Shown here one piece after another: positions 1 to 9,276 of a stretch of 39,558 nucleotides of DNA; position 1 is the stretch's first letter, and each line of letters opens with the position of its first letter. Location: positions 1-39,558 of the forward strand of contig CAZUAP010000001.1 of the NCBI GenBank assembly GCA_964617975.1, given 5' to 3'. The notes below the pieces were generated by a model that worked only from the letters and a program-made list of their open reading frames with translations, was not told the origin of the DNA and ran no database searches. The stretch is from an uncultured Acetatifactor sp. GTDB taxonomy: Bacteria; Bacillota; Clostridia; Lachnospirales; Lachnospiraceae. The translations under genes and the position numbers were made by a program.

Positions 1-140
1 TTGTTCGCATCAGGACTGCGTTCGTACTGGTTGTACTGCTTGTCAGCAAGGGCTTTGTGTTCCTCACAGTACTGACCACCATCGACAGCCCGCTTTGGAC
101 AGTTCCCGTAAGCACAGCCCCGTCTCGGCATTCTCGGCAT
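1..140 (-). CDS. Phage HNH endonuclease (terminase-associated type), 5' part only
   Basis: Translated by hand: MPRMPRRGCAYGNCPKRAVDGGQYCEEHKALADKQYNQYERSPD. This is the typical MP..P...C....C.......YC..H N-terminus. RBS GAGGTGAGG. Runs off the window. Confidence 0.75.
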   Translation of the reverse strand, partial: MPRMPRRGCAYGNCPKRAVDGGQYCEEHKALADKQYNQYERSPDAN

Positions 141-270
141 CCGCCTCACCTCGCTTTCCGGGCATAAAGAAAGCCCCACAGGATTTCTCCCATGAGGCTC
201 CGCCCACTATTTTACGATATCAGTATAACACGCCATTATAGATAAATCGTCTCAGAAAGTGGACAAGGGT

Positions 271-732
271 TTAAGGCTTGCCGAACAGCAGGACGGTCAG
301 CTTGTCGATGGCACGGTTCTTCCTGCGGTAAGCAGATGCCCGCTCGATATGGAAATACTCCGCGATGTCATCAACCACGCTGCTGCCGTACTCGTTGTCC
401 TCACTGTAGAAGGTGTCCAACACATAGCGGTCATCCTCCGACAGCTGCTCCCATGCGGGAACGAACCAGTCCATGTATTCCACCGCCTGCCTGTAACGCT
501 CCTTCAGCACATCGATCTCCTCGATGGCATTGATGATCCTGTCCTCGGTGGCGTGGAGATTCCTCACATGCGGCATCCCGTCATAACGGACGCCGCTGAC
601 GCTTGACATCTTATCATACGCCGCTTTGATCTCATCATCTGTGCTTTCGATGATGAACTTCATGCTGCCGAAATCCTTAAGCGCCGCGACAGCCCCGGCT
701 CTTTTGTCCAGATACTTCCAAACTACATTCAT
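271..732 (-). CDS. RinA/ArpU-like phage late transcriptional activator
   Basis: C-terminal sigma-4-like HTH (LSEDDRYVL...DIAEYFHIERASAYRRKNRAIDKL). Lies between SNF2 and HNH. Start set at MNVVWK behind RBS GGAGGT. Confidence 0.75.
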   Translation of the reverse strand: MNVVWKYLDKRAGAVAALKDFGSMKFIIESTDDEIKAAYDKMSSVSGVRYDGMPHVRNLHATEDRIINAIEEIDVLKERYRQAVEYMDWFVPAWEQLSEDDRYVLDTFYSEDNEYGSSVVDDIAEYFHIERASAYRRKNRAIDKLTVLLFGKP

Positions 733-810
733 GGTATCTACCTCCGAATAAGAAATTGTTGTTTCCCTCGGATTGGCCATGATTGTCTCCATAGATTGTC
801 ATAGATGCCG

Positions 811-2175
811 TCACAGCTGAAGGTCAGCTTTCACGGCTTCGATCAACGCAGATTGTGTGCTGTCCTTTTCGGACAGAGCTTTCATGATCCGTCCGTCAAT
901 CGTGTCCTCGGCAACGATGTGCTGCACCACCACCGTCCCGGCTGTCTGCCCCTGCCGCCACAGCCTTGCATTCGTCTGCTGGTACAGTTCAAGGCTCCAG
1001 GTAAGACCGAACCATACGATGGTGCTGCCGCCGCTCTGCAGGTTCAGCCCGTGTCCCGCCGATGCCGGATGAATGAGTGACACGGGAAGCTCCCCGGCAT
1101 TCCACTTCCGGATGCTGGCATCCGTGTCCAGTCTGGCAAAGGGAACCTTGATCTCAGTAAGCCTCGCCGTGATGCGCTCAAGGTCGTGCTTGTACCAGTA
1201 CGCCACAAGCAGCGGTTTGCCGTTCGCCGACTCGATGATGTCCTCCAGGGCGTCCAGCTTGCGGTCGTGGATCTTTACCACCGACTCGTCATCGGAATAG
1301 ACCGCTCCGTTCGCCATCTGGGATAGCTTGTTTGACAGTGCTGCGGCATTGGCAGCCGTCACCTCGCCTTCCGGCAGCTGAAGGATCAGCTCCGCTTTCA
1401 TATCCTCGTACCGCTTCCGCTCATCCTCCGACAGGTACACCGTATGCTTGGAACTGACCAACTCCGGCATTTTCAGATGGTCGGTAGACTTCATGGAAAT
1501 CGTGATGTCGGATATTCTGCCATATATCTGCTTCTCGGCATCTGGGAGAGGCTTGTAGCTGTAAACGATGGGACCGTTGAACTTGTCCGGCTTGAAATAC
1601 GCCGTCCGGTACTGCCCGATGAATCGTCCAAGCCGCTGTCCCATATCCAGCAGTCGGAACTCCGCCCACAAGTCCATCAGACCGTTGCTGCTCGGCGTTC
1701 CCGTAAGCCCCACGATGCGTTTTACCTTCGGTCTTACCTTCATAAGGCTTCTGAACCGTTTTGCCTGGTGGTTCTTGAAGGACGAAAGCTCATCAATCAC
1801 CACCATGTCGAAGTCAAAGGGGATGCCGCTTTTATCGATCAGCCACTGCACGTTCTCGCGGTTGATGATGTAAATGTCCGCCTGTCTGTTTAAGGCTTCC
1901 AGCCGCTCCTTTTCCGTACCGACTGCCACGGAATACCGAAGTCCGCTCAGATGCTCCCATTTCTCGATCTCCGCAGACCATGTGAACCTGGCAACTCTTA
2001 AAGGCGCCACGACAAGCACTTTATGCACCTCAAAGCTGTCAAACAGGAGGTCGTTCAGTGCCGTCAGTGTGATGCTCGTCTTGCCAAGTCCCATATCCAG
2101 GAGGACTGCGACAATGGGATGGCTTTCGATGTATCCCGTGGCATATTTCTGATAATCATGTGGCTCGTATATCAT
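811..2175 (-). CDS. SNF2-family (DEAD/DEAH-like) phage helicase
   Basis: LDMGLGKT, VIDELSSFK, LTGTP, SAGHGLNLQ and QTNARLWRQGQ motifs. Start at MIYEPHDYQ. Confidence 0.93.
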   Translation of the reverse strand: MIYEPHDYQKYATGYIESHPIVAVLLDMGLGKTSITLTALNDLLFDSFEVHKVLVVAPLRVARFTWSAEIEKWEHLSGLRYSVAVGTEKERLEALNRQADIYIINRENVQWLIDKSGIPFDFDMVVIDELSSFKNHQAKRFRSLMKVRPKVKRIVGLTGTPSSNGLMDLWAEFRLLDMGQRLGRFIGQYRTAYFKPDKFNGPIVYSYKPLPDAEKQIYGRISDITISMKSTDHLKMPELVSSKHTVYLSEDERKRYEDMKAELILQLPEGEVTAANAAALSNKLSQMANGAVYSDDESVVKIHDRKLDALEDIIESANGKPLLVAYWYKHDLERITARLTEIKVPFARLDTDASIRKWNAGELPVSLIHPASAGHGLNLQSGGSTIVWFGLTWSLELYQQTNARLWRQGQTAGTVVVQHIVAEDTIDGRIMKALSEKDSTQSALIEAVKADLQL

Positions 2176-2437
2176 CGATAATCCCTCCAATCTGCTCCGC
2201 ACCGTCCAGGACATACACTTTGAACCCCAGGCGCCGCAGGAGCCTGTGCCTTGAAAGCTGCAGCGGCCTCGGCTTCTCACCCGGCGCTTTCACCTCGACA
2301 AATCCGATGCAGCCACCCGGCATCAGCACCATGCGGTCGGGCATCCCGTCAAAGCCGGGAGAGGTAAGTTTCGGTGCGATGCCGCCTGCCGCTTTTACGG
2401 CTTTCACAAGTTTCTGTTCAATCTGTCTCTCCCGCAT
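2156..2437 (-). CDS. VRR-NUC domain nuclease
   Basis: MRERQIEQKL...PGFDGMPDR...FVEVKAPGEKPRPLQ is the PD-(D/E)xK VRR-NUC pattern. Confidence 0.92.
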   Translation of the reverse strand: MRERQIEQKLVKAVKAAGGIAPKLTSPGFDGMPDRMVLMPGGCIGFVEVKAPGEKPRPLQLSRHRLLRRLGFKVYVLDGAEQIGGIIDDIRAT

Positions 2438-2936
2438 ATTCCCTCCATAACTCTTCGAACGCCTCCACAGCTCCGCTACAGGCGCCGATACGTCCAAGAT
2501 ACCGTGCGATAATGTCGTGTTCCGCCAAGATCGGGAACTCGAAGTCATGAAGCATATCCCTGACGAAGTCTCCGCAGGGCGTGGCGTCCATCTCGAATTT
2601 CCTCGCCCACTGGAAGAACGGGCTGGGATTGTCGTTGATCTCCCGTGTCAGTTCAATGCGGTACTTCCAGTTCAGATCCTTCGGATTCGCGGGCTGGTAT
2701 CCGGCAAGCAGCATGGCATCCTTGAACTCGTTGTTCGTGAGGTAAATGCCTGTGTCATGTTCCAGCATGTGCTTCATCCCGTAACTTGTGTGTCCGTGGA
2801 GTATCTTTTTCCCGGTACGGATATTCTTCCTGATCCACCTGTCAACAGCCGCTATCTCCTCATCTCCATGTTCCGTGATAAGCGCCTCATCGACAAATCC
2901 GTTCTCATTCGTATAAGGTCTTCCGTTTTTGATCAT
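2418..2936 (-). CDS. Hypothetical protein with C-terminal YozE/SAM-like domain
   Basis: C-terminus FFQWAR...PCGDFVRDMLHDFEFP...IARYL...AFEELWREY resembles YozE. RBS AGGAG. Confidence 0.6.
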   Translation of the reverse strand: MIKNGRPYTNENGFVDEALITEHGDEEIAAVDRWIRKNIRTGKKILHGHTSYGMKHMLEHDTGIYLTNNEFKDAMLLAGYQPANPKDLNWKYRIELTREINDNPSPFFQWARKFEMDATPCGDFVRDMLHDFEFPILAEHDIIARYLGRIGACSGAVEAFEELWREYAGETD

Positions 2937-2954
2937 TTCCGATTTCTCCTTTCA

Positions 2955-3245
2955 GAAGTTGTCCCGTCCAACACTTGTCCGCAGAACCTGTCCACAGTAA
3001 AAACCCTTGCTGTGACAGCGTTTTTGCCGCTTCTGCGGACAAGTGGACGAAAAAATCCTTTACGCGCGAAACGTGCGCATTCGCCTGTGTGCAGGACGGG
3101 ATTTGTAATATGAAAATCAATGTTTTTGTCTTTTATAGATTTTTCTGTCCAGTTGTCCACGGACTTGCAGAAAACCCTTGTGTTGACTGCATTTGTGGGC
3201 CGTGGACAACGCCAGGACAGGCAATGGACGGATTAAGTTGTCCTC
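2955..3245. repeat. Clustered GTCC/GGAC repeats in two similar units; putative replication origin
   Basis: About 14 (T/C)GTCC or GGAC copies converge on two AAAACCCTTG cores (~3000 and ~3171). Directly downstream of the primase-helicase gene. Confidence 0.45.
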
Positions 3246-5575
3246 GTATATACACGCTGTCGCCCATAGATGGGGAGCATCTGCCGAGCTCCGCACTTCT
3301 CCCAGCCCTCGATCCGCACCATGATGGCGGATATGGCATAGGAGTCGGAGGGACGCATTTCCTCCTTGCTCTTGCCGAAACATTCGCACCAGATCTCGAT
3401 GTTGCTCACGGTCTGGCGCTTCACGGTACCCTCCGTCCTTGTCGGATCGTCAATGTCGCGGATGTACTCCCTGCGCCTGTAATAGTCCATGCTGTCCCAA
3501 TTGTCGGGGAGAAGCATATCGAGGTAGTTCCGCACAATGCCCTCGCGGTCATCCTGCTCCATCGCCTCACGCTGTTCCTGCTTGGCAAAAGCCTCAAGGT
3601 CAGCGTCGAGATACAGCTTTTCTCCCGCCTTGGCAATCTCGGCGACCTCCGCCCATATCTGCTGAACCACCTCGGCGGTCATGTCCCAGGGCTTGTATTT
3701 TCCCTGACCCGTGACCTTGACGTTCCAGAACCTACGGTTGCCGGTGATGTCGCGGAGATACCCGTTCTCGCTGTTGGTCGTGCCGAAGAACACGCACTGC
3801 CTCGGATGCGGAGTCACCCTCCGTCCGAAACTGGCGCGGTACTTATCATCCTGACGGGATATAAAGGCTTTGACCTTGTCGATGTCCGCTTTCTTCATGC
3901 CCGCCAATTCGCCAATCTCCAGAATCCAATACCCCTGCAGTTTCTCTGCCGCCGTTTTGTCGTTCATGTCCGAAAGAGCGAGGCTGTCCGAGAACCATTC
4001 TCTGCCGAGGCAGGCGATCAGGGTGCTTTTGCCGATGCCCTGCGCACCGTTCAGAACGATCATGGTATCGAACTTGATGCCTGGATAATGCACCCTCATG
4101 TATGCCGCACACAGCGACTTCCTCGTGACCGCCCTGACATAGCGGTTGTCCTCCGCACCGAGATAATCGATCAGCACGGTTTCTGCCCGCTTGACCTTGT
4201 CCCAGGGAGGGAGCGACTCGAACATTTCCCGGATGGGATGGTAGGAACGGTCGTCCGTCACCTTGGTGACCGCAATGCGATAGTTGCGTTCCGAGAATGA
4301 GCCGTAATGGGAGTCCACAAAGCTGATAAGCTGCGCGTCATCCGCATCGCGCCAGAACCTCGCCGGATGCTTCCACGGCACTTCGCCCTTGATTTCCATA
4401 CCATCCGCCAGCTGATTGAATACGATGCCCTTGAGGTTGGGATCGTTCTCCATGATCAGGGTAATGTTGTGCAGGGAATTTTTCAGCATGGTGGAACGAG
4501 GCTCATACTCCAGCTTTTTCTTCCAGGAATCGTCCTCGTCCGTGATATCGAAATCCGTCTCCGCCTCCTGCTGTTTTTTCTCAAGGATCAGCATTTTGAC
4601 CTTCTCCTCCTTGCTGGCAAAATCCGCCATCGCACGGAACGACTTCTTCTCGTCCTCATCACCGAACAGGTGGATGCGGACAATATCGAATGCGCTGCAC
4701 AGCTTCAGATATGCCGGGTCCTTGGCATGATGGCTGTATACGAACTTGCCGCCCTCCTTGATCTCCACGCCCGGCTGGCTGCTCGACTCCTTAAAGCGGT
4801 AGCGGGTGCCGTCCGCTGAAAGCTCATAGATGTCGCCAAGGAACTCATCGATGGCGAGGTTCACGGGATAATAGGCGTTATTGAACATTCCGACAATGCC
4901 GTCCTTCTCCAAAGGGTCCGCCTGTTTCTTGTCGCTGATGCCCTTTGCCTCGCTTTCCCTGGATGACGTTGGCAGCCTCGCCGGGTCCGTCCATTCGGGA
5001 TGCGCCGAGAGGATATCGTCCGGGTCAAGCCAGTCGCCGTCCGTCACGAGATACAGATATTCTCCGTTAGACGGCGTACTCGGCCAGTACATCATCTGGT
5101 TCGGAAGGTAGGAGCATTCGTCAAACATGTCGATGCCCAACTCCTCCGCCACATATCTTGAGATGGCGACATATTCCTCCGCTGTTACATACCTGGTAAG
5201 AGGAATCAGTATCCTCACCCTCGGAGCCTCCGGCACATGACCGTGCGTAGAGTACAGGCAGGAGCGGTATTTCATCCTGGTTTCGTAATCGTCCACGAAT
5301 GCCGCCGTGACCCTGTCACCGTCCAGGTTGACCATAGAGCGGCTCGCCACGTTCTGCAAAAGGCGTCTGCCGCCCGTAAGAGTTCCGCAGACAAATCCGC
5401 CGTGGTCTTTCGCCGTCTCGCGCTCTTTTGACTTCATCTTTGCATATTCCTCCACCGACTCCGGCGTCCGGATGGTGGTCTTCAGCCTCTCGCACAGGTC
5501 ATCGAAGGTCGTGGTCTTGTTCGACCATTTCTTCGCATGGCTGCTGTGACCGTAGGCAATCGGTAAATCACGCAT
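3233..5575 (-). CDS. Primase-helicase with virulence-associated E (VirE/VapE) ATPase domain
   Basis: N-terminal primase-like region (KDHGGFVCG, LYSTHGH.PEAPRVR), Walker A GAQGIGKS, WILEIGEL, DITGNRRFW. Confidence 0.92.
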   Translation of the reverse strand: MRDLPIAYGHSSHAKKWSNKTTTFDDLCERLKTTIRTPESVEEYAKMKSKERETAKDHGGFVCGTLTGGRRLLQNVASRSMVNLDGDRVTAAFVDDYETRMKYRSCLYSTHGHVPEAPRVRILIPLTRYVTAEEYVAISRYVAEELGIDMFDECSYLPNQMMYWPSTPSNGEYLYLVTDGDWLDPDDILSAHPEWTDPARLPTSSRESEAKGISDKKQADPLEKDGIVGMFNNAYYPVNLAIDEFLGDIYELSADGTRYRFKESSSQPGVEIKEGGKFVYSHHAKDPAYLKLCSAFDIVRIHLFGDEDEKKSFRAMADFASKEEKVKMLILEKKQQEAETDFDITDEDDSWKKKLEYEPRSTMLKNSLHNITLIMENDPNLKGIVFNQLADGMEIKGEVPWKHPARFWRDADDAQLISFVDSHYGSFSERNYRIAVTKVTDDRSYHPIREMFESLPPWDKVKRAETVLIDYLGAEDNRYVRAVTRKSLCAAYMRVHYPGIKFDTMIVLNGAQGIGKSTLIACLGREWFSDSLALSDMNDKTAAEKLQGYWILEIGELAGMKKADIDKVKAFISRQDDKYRASFGRRVTPHPRQCVFFGTTNSENGYLRDITGNRRFWNVKVTGQGKYKPWDMTAEVVQQIWAEVAEIAKAGEKLYLDADLEAFAKQEQREAMEQDDREGIVRNYLDMLLPDNWDSMDYYRRREYIRDIDDPTRTEGTVKRQTVSNIEIWCECFGKSKEEMRPSDSYAISAIMVRIEGWEKCGARQMLPIYGRQRVYTRTT

Positions 5576-6002
5576 TGTTTATCTCCTCCTCCAGGTCTTC
5601 CGAAAAACGGCGGATCTTCTTTTTCAACCGTTCCGCTCTGTCAATTTCCTCACGCATCCCGGCGGTTATCCTGTTGCCGAACACCCATACCTCGTCGCAT
5701 TTACCGAGAAGCACGCCTCCCATGAAAAGCGCGAGGCTGCGTTCCGTATCCTCGGACATGAACTGCGGGAAGAGCAGGTGGGGAGCAATCGGAATAGCCC
5801 TCTTGACCACGGCAAAGCGGCTGTAGTTCCTCGCCCTGCAGGTGTTCTTCTCCACGTCCCCGGCATACGGGGAACAGATATACACGAGCGGACGGTAGTT
5901 CGCCGCCTTTCTCGCGGCGCGTTCCTCCTGCTCGATCTTCATCAGTGCCTCGTAAGTGGTGGGATCGTAATATCCCTCGCTGTTGTACTTCATTTCATCC
6001 AT
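5568..6002 (-). CDS. DUF4406-like (nucleoside deoxyribosyltransferase-fold) phage protein
   Basis: VYICSPYAGD, PIAPHLLFPQF and KCDEVWVFG...GMREEI motifs. Confidence 0.75.
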   Translation of the reverse strand: MDEMKYNSEGYYDPTTYEALMKIEQEERAARKAANYRPLVYICSPYAGDVEKNTCRARNYSRFAVVKRAIPIAPHLLFPQFMSEDTERSLALFMGGVLLGKCDEVWVFGNRITAGMREEIDRAERLKKKIRRFSEDLEEEINNA

Positions 6003-6334
6003 TCGTCGTCTACCTCCAATTTGCAATAAAGCCTGTAGTTGCTGTCCGCCCGCTTATAGAGCGACCGCCTCTCCGCCACGCTGTATGTGACGAACCTGCT
6101 GCCGTACTCCCAATCGGGCGGGACGCCGGAAAAGCCGTCTCCCGTTTCCATCTGCGCCTGCAAAAAAGCCCGGAGAAGATACAGGTAACGGCCGAGAGCC
6201 GCCCTGTCCTTTCCGGTGCAGTAACGCTTTATCATCGGGAAGAGCTTCCTTGCGTGTTTCTGGAGGCATGGGAAATACACAGGGACATTGATCGTCATGT
6301 GTCCGTTCTCGTAGCGAATCTCCAATACATCCAT
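5990..6334 (-). CDS. Hypothetical protein
   Basis: Strong RBS AAGGAGG before MDVLEIR. Overlaps the next gene. Confidence 0.65.
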   Translation of the reverse strand: MDVLEIRYENGHMTINVPVYFPCLQKHARKLFPMIKRYCTGKDRAALGRYLYLLRAFLQAQMETGDGFSGVPPDWEYGSRFVTYSVAERRSLYKRADSNYRLYCKLEVDDEWMK

Positions 6335-6378
6335 CTGATAGTCCTCCTTCCGTGATTCGTAAGGAGCCATTGCCCCTT

Positions 6379-6422
6379 CAAGTCACAGTCAAAGAAAAAA
6401 GGCGGGATTTTAACCCCGCCCG
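6379..6422 (-). promoter_or_regulatory. 44-bp repeat, copy 1 (hairpin / putative element-specific promoter)
   Basis: 42/44 identical to 11018-11061. Contains a GGCGGG/CCCGCC stem. Confidence 0.6.
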
Positions 6423-6431
6423 AAAAAACTA

Positions 6432-8420
6432 TCAGTCTTTTTTATAAAAATCAGTCTCGTACCCGTCCGCGCGGAGCAACAAGCCTTCCGCCCAGGGCGG
6501 CGTCCGTCCCATCTGTTCACATACGGCGTCAAGCGACATCCGCTTATCCGCCTCTATGATCAGTTCGTCATGAACATGAGCAACGATGCTGCAGCACCGC
6601 AGCGTCTTCATGGCATACATGAGGATATCCCTTGAAATCGCCTGCACGATGTTCTCCACGAACTTGGGACCATAGCTTTTCAGCCGCTCCCACTTTTTTG
6701 TCCCGCCGACACCCATGTACGTCACGCAGTCGCCGCCGAACTGGTTCTCTCCGATCCTTGGTTTCACATAGGCAAGCTGTCTGCCGGAAGGGAGCGTGAT
6801 AAACAGCATCCCGCTTCTCCAGGCAAAACGGATATTCTTTACCCTTGTGGGGACGTGTTCCCGGACGGTCTTCATGACCGCACGGTCGACATCCCACCAG
6901 AATTCCACAATCTTCGGATTCGCCGACCGCCATGCGTCCACCAGCGGTTTCAGTTCATCCTCCTGCATACCTGCCTCAAGAGCGCCCATCGCTTTGAGCG
7001 CGCCGACCGAGCCACCGTAACCACACGACAATTCGCATTGCTTGCCCTTCTGGCGCAACTCGCCGTTCTCGCCGTGCTTGACCACCCTGCAATGAAACAT
7101 CCGCTCCGCCGTGGCGCAGTAGATGTCCCCGCCCTCGGCAAAGGTCTGCATCCGCCACTGTTCCCCGGCAAGCCAGGACAGCACACGAGCCTCAATAGCG
7201 GAGAAGTCCGATACGATGAACTTGTATCCCGGTTTCGGCACGAACGCCGTGCGGATCAGTTCCGACAACACCTCCGGCACATTCTCATACAGAAGTTCCA
7301 ACGCCTCATAATCACCGCACTTCACAAGGGAGCGGGCTTCCGCCAGGTCGGGGATATGGTTCTGAGGCAGATTCTGCAATTGCACGATACGCCCGGCGAA
7401 CCTGCCTGTCCTGTTGGCTCCGTAAAAAGCAAACATCCCACGGCACCTGTTATCAGCACAGACAGAATTTTGCATTGCCTGGTATTTCTTCACAGATGAT
7501 TTGGCAAGCTGCTGCCGGAGCGTCAGTACCTCCGCCAGTTTCGGCGGAGCGGTCTTCAGCATGGAAGCGACCTCTTTCTTTCCAAGGGAATCCACCTCCA
7601 TGCCGTTCTCGGAAAGCCACTGCTTCATCTGCACCACCGAATTGGGATTCTCAAGGTCGGTCAGTTCCTGCATGGCTTCCGCCAGCTCTCCCTTGGAGCG
7701 TTCATCAAAGTCAATAGCGTTCGTGACCACGTCCATATCGAGCATGATGCCCCGGTCGTTGATCTCCTGATCAATGTGGAACTCATCCCACACGAAGTCC
7801 GGCACGGGATAGTTGGCAAGCCGCTTCTGTATCGCCATCTCCGTTTCCACGTCACGCTTGTTGTATTTCTTAAACATCTCCCACTTATCAGGATCATGGG
7901 CAGGGAGGTTTCGTGTCCTGCCGCCGTTCGCCTTGGTCGGTTTACAGGGAACACAGAAATAACGGATCAGTTCCTTGCCCTCTTTCAGCTTCTGTTCCTC
8001 AAGACCGAGAACGGCGCCGACCGACTCAAGTGAACGGGGAAGCCCCATGTATGCCGACCAGATCATGGAGCAACGCCAGCTTTCGGGATTCAAGAACCTC
8101 GCCATCTCCGTGGACAGTTCGTGGCGGTCATGGAATGGATCAAGACTTACGCCACGGTCAGACAGATAGCGGGAAAGGCAGACGCGCTCGAACTGACAGT
8201 TATATGCCCACTTGATAACGGAGTCATCTGTAAGAGCGTCAATGACATCCTGCGGTATCTTCTCGCCACAGGCAAGGTCGACCACTTCCACGGGACCTCC
8301 ATCCACGGAATATCCAAACAGCAATATTTCAAAATCGGGAGTCTCAGCATATTTGTAAACGCCGCATTTCTGCAGGTCATTGCTGCTATAGGTCTCCAAA
8401 TCGATACTCAATGTTTTCAT
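6432..8420 (-). CDS. Phage family A DNA polymerase with 3'-5' exonuclease domain
   Basis: SIDLETYS (ExoI), RTGRFAGR...QLQNLP, VSDFSAIEARV (motif A), RQKGKQCELSCGYG (motif B), HVHDE (motif C). Start at MKTLSID. Confidence 0.95.
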   Translation of the reverse strand: MKTLSIDLETYSSNDLQKCGVYKYAETPDFEILLFGYSVDGGPVEVVDLACGEKIPQDVIDALTDDSVIKWAYNCQFERVCLSRYLSDRGVSLDPFHDRHELSTEMARFLNPESWRCSMIWSAYMGLPRSLESVGAVLGLEEQKLKEGKELIRYFCVPCKPTKANGGRTRNLPAHDPDKWEMFKKYNKRDVETEMAIQKRLANYPVPDFVWDEFHIDQEINDRGIMLDMDVVTNAIDFDERSKGELAEAMQELTDLENPNSVVQMKQWLSENGMEVDSLGKKEVASMLKTAPPKLAEVLTLRQQLAKSSVKKYQAMQNSVCADNRCRGMFAFYGANRTGRFAGRIVQLQNLPQNHIPDLAEARSLVKCGDYEALELLYENVPEVLSELIRTAFVPKPGYKFIVSDFSAIEARVLSWLAGEQWRMQTFAEGGDIYCATAERMFHCRVVKHGENGELRQKGKQCELSCGYGGSVGALKAMGALEAGMQEDELKPLVDAWRSANPKIVEFWWDVDRAVMKTVREHVPTRVKNIRFAWRSGMLFITLPSGRQLAYVKPRIGENQFGGDCVTYMGVGGTKKWERLKSYGPKFVENIVQAISRDILMYAMKTLRCCSIVAHVHDELIIEADKRMSLDAVCEQMGRTPPWAEGLLLRADGYETDFYKKD

Positions 8421-8475
8421 ATGCACCGTCCTTTTCAAAAGGGCGGCAAAGGTAACCCCTGCCGCCCCGTCCGCA

Positions 8476-8646
8476 TTACTTGTCGTTTTTCTGATTGCGC
8501 TTGTTCCTGTAGTACCGGCGCATCTGCTCCCGCTTCTCACGGAATGCCTCGTGTACACTGACAAAAACCAGCGCAGCGACTTCCGCAAGCAGAAGGATCA
8601 CGAGCGCGGAACACAGGAAATTAAACACTTCACTAACCATTTTCAT
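8476..8646 (-). CDS. Small single-pass membrane protein (56 aa, below the ORF-track cutoff)
   Basis: Translated by hand: MKMVSEVFNFLCSALVILLLAEVAALVFVSVHEAFREKREQMRRYYRNKRNQKNDK. RBS GAGGT. Fills the gap between DUF2815 and the polymerase. Confidence 0.65.
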   Translation of the reverse strand: MKMVSEVFNFLCSALVILLLAEVAALVFVSVHEAFREKREQMRRYYRNKRNQKNDK

Positions 8647-8699
8647 TTACCTCGCTATGTGGCAGACGGCGGTTTCCCGCCGCCCGCCGTTATTTAGGA

Positions 8700-9263
8700 T
8701 CAATCGAGGAAGTCCTCGTCATCGTCCGCGAAATCATCCTCCGCACGGGTCTTGCCGCCGAGAGGTTCGCCGTCACGCATCTTCTGGAGGTTGTTCAGAC
8801 CGCAGGCGATACCCTTATTGCCGTTGGAGTTGAACGCATAGAAGTTGATGCTGGCGCGGCCGTAAACGCCAGAGTAAACCTCGGAGTGGTCGATGATGGG
8901 CTGTCTGTCCGCATCCACGATGCCGGGAGCCGTGCCGGAGTTGGCGTTCACGAAGTAGCTGTTGGCGTATGCCTCATCGTCGGGTCTCTCAAGGTCGCCG
9001 TCACGCAGAGGCGTCTTCAGAACGGAGAGCGCAGGTACGGTCTTGCCGTTGCCCTTCAGCTTGGACTCACCCTCCTCGTAGACCGCCTGGATCGCCGCCT
9101 TTATCTTCTCGATGGTCTTGGTATCGGACTTCGGGATGATGAGGCTGACGCTGAACTTAGGCGCGCCGCCGTTGATGCTCTTGGCCTCCCAGACATTCGC
9201 ATAGCTCCATCTGGTGTTGACTCCTGTGATAACCTTGGTGGGATTTACAAAATACTTTGACAT
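8700..9263 (-). CDS. DUF2815 family ssDNA-binding protein (gp2.5-like)
   Basis: RWSYANVWE, PLRDGD, VYSGVYGR, GIACGLNNLQK and an acidic C-terminal tail. Confidence 0.9.
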   Translation of the reverse strand: MSKYFVNPTKVITGVNTRWSYANVWEAKSINGGAPKFSVSLIIPKSDTKTIEKIKAAIQAVYEEGESKLKGNGKTVPALSVLKTPLRDGDLERPDDEAYANSYFVNANSGTAPGIVDADRQPIIDHSEVYSGVYGRASINFYAFNSNGNKGIACGLNNLQKMRDGEPLGGKTRAEDDFADDDEDFLD

Positions 9264-9276
9264 GGTATTGTCCTCC

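Noticed and set aside
2975-4819. Long plus-strand ORFs (441 aa, 170 aa) and similar ones across 259-11810
   Set aside because: Antisense shadows of well-supported minus-strand genes in GC-rich DNA; no recognisable motifs.
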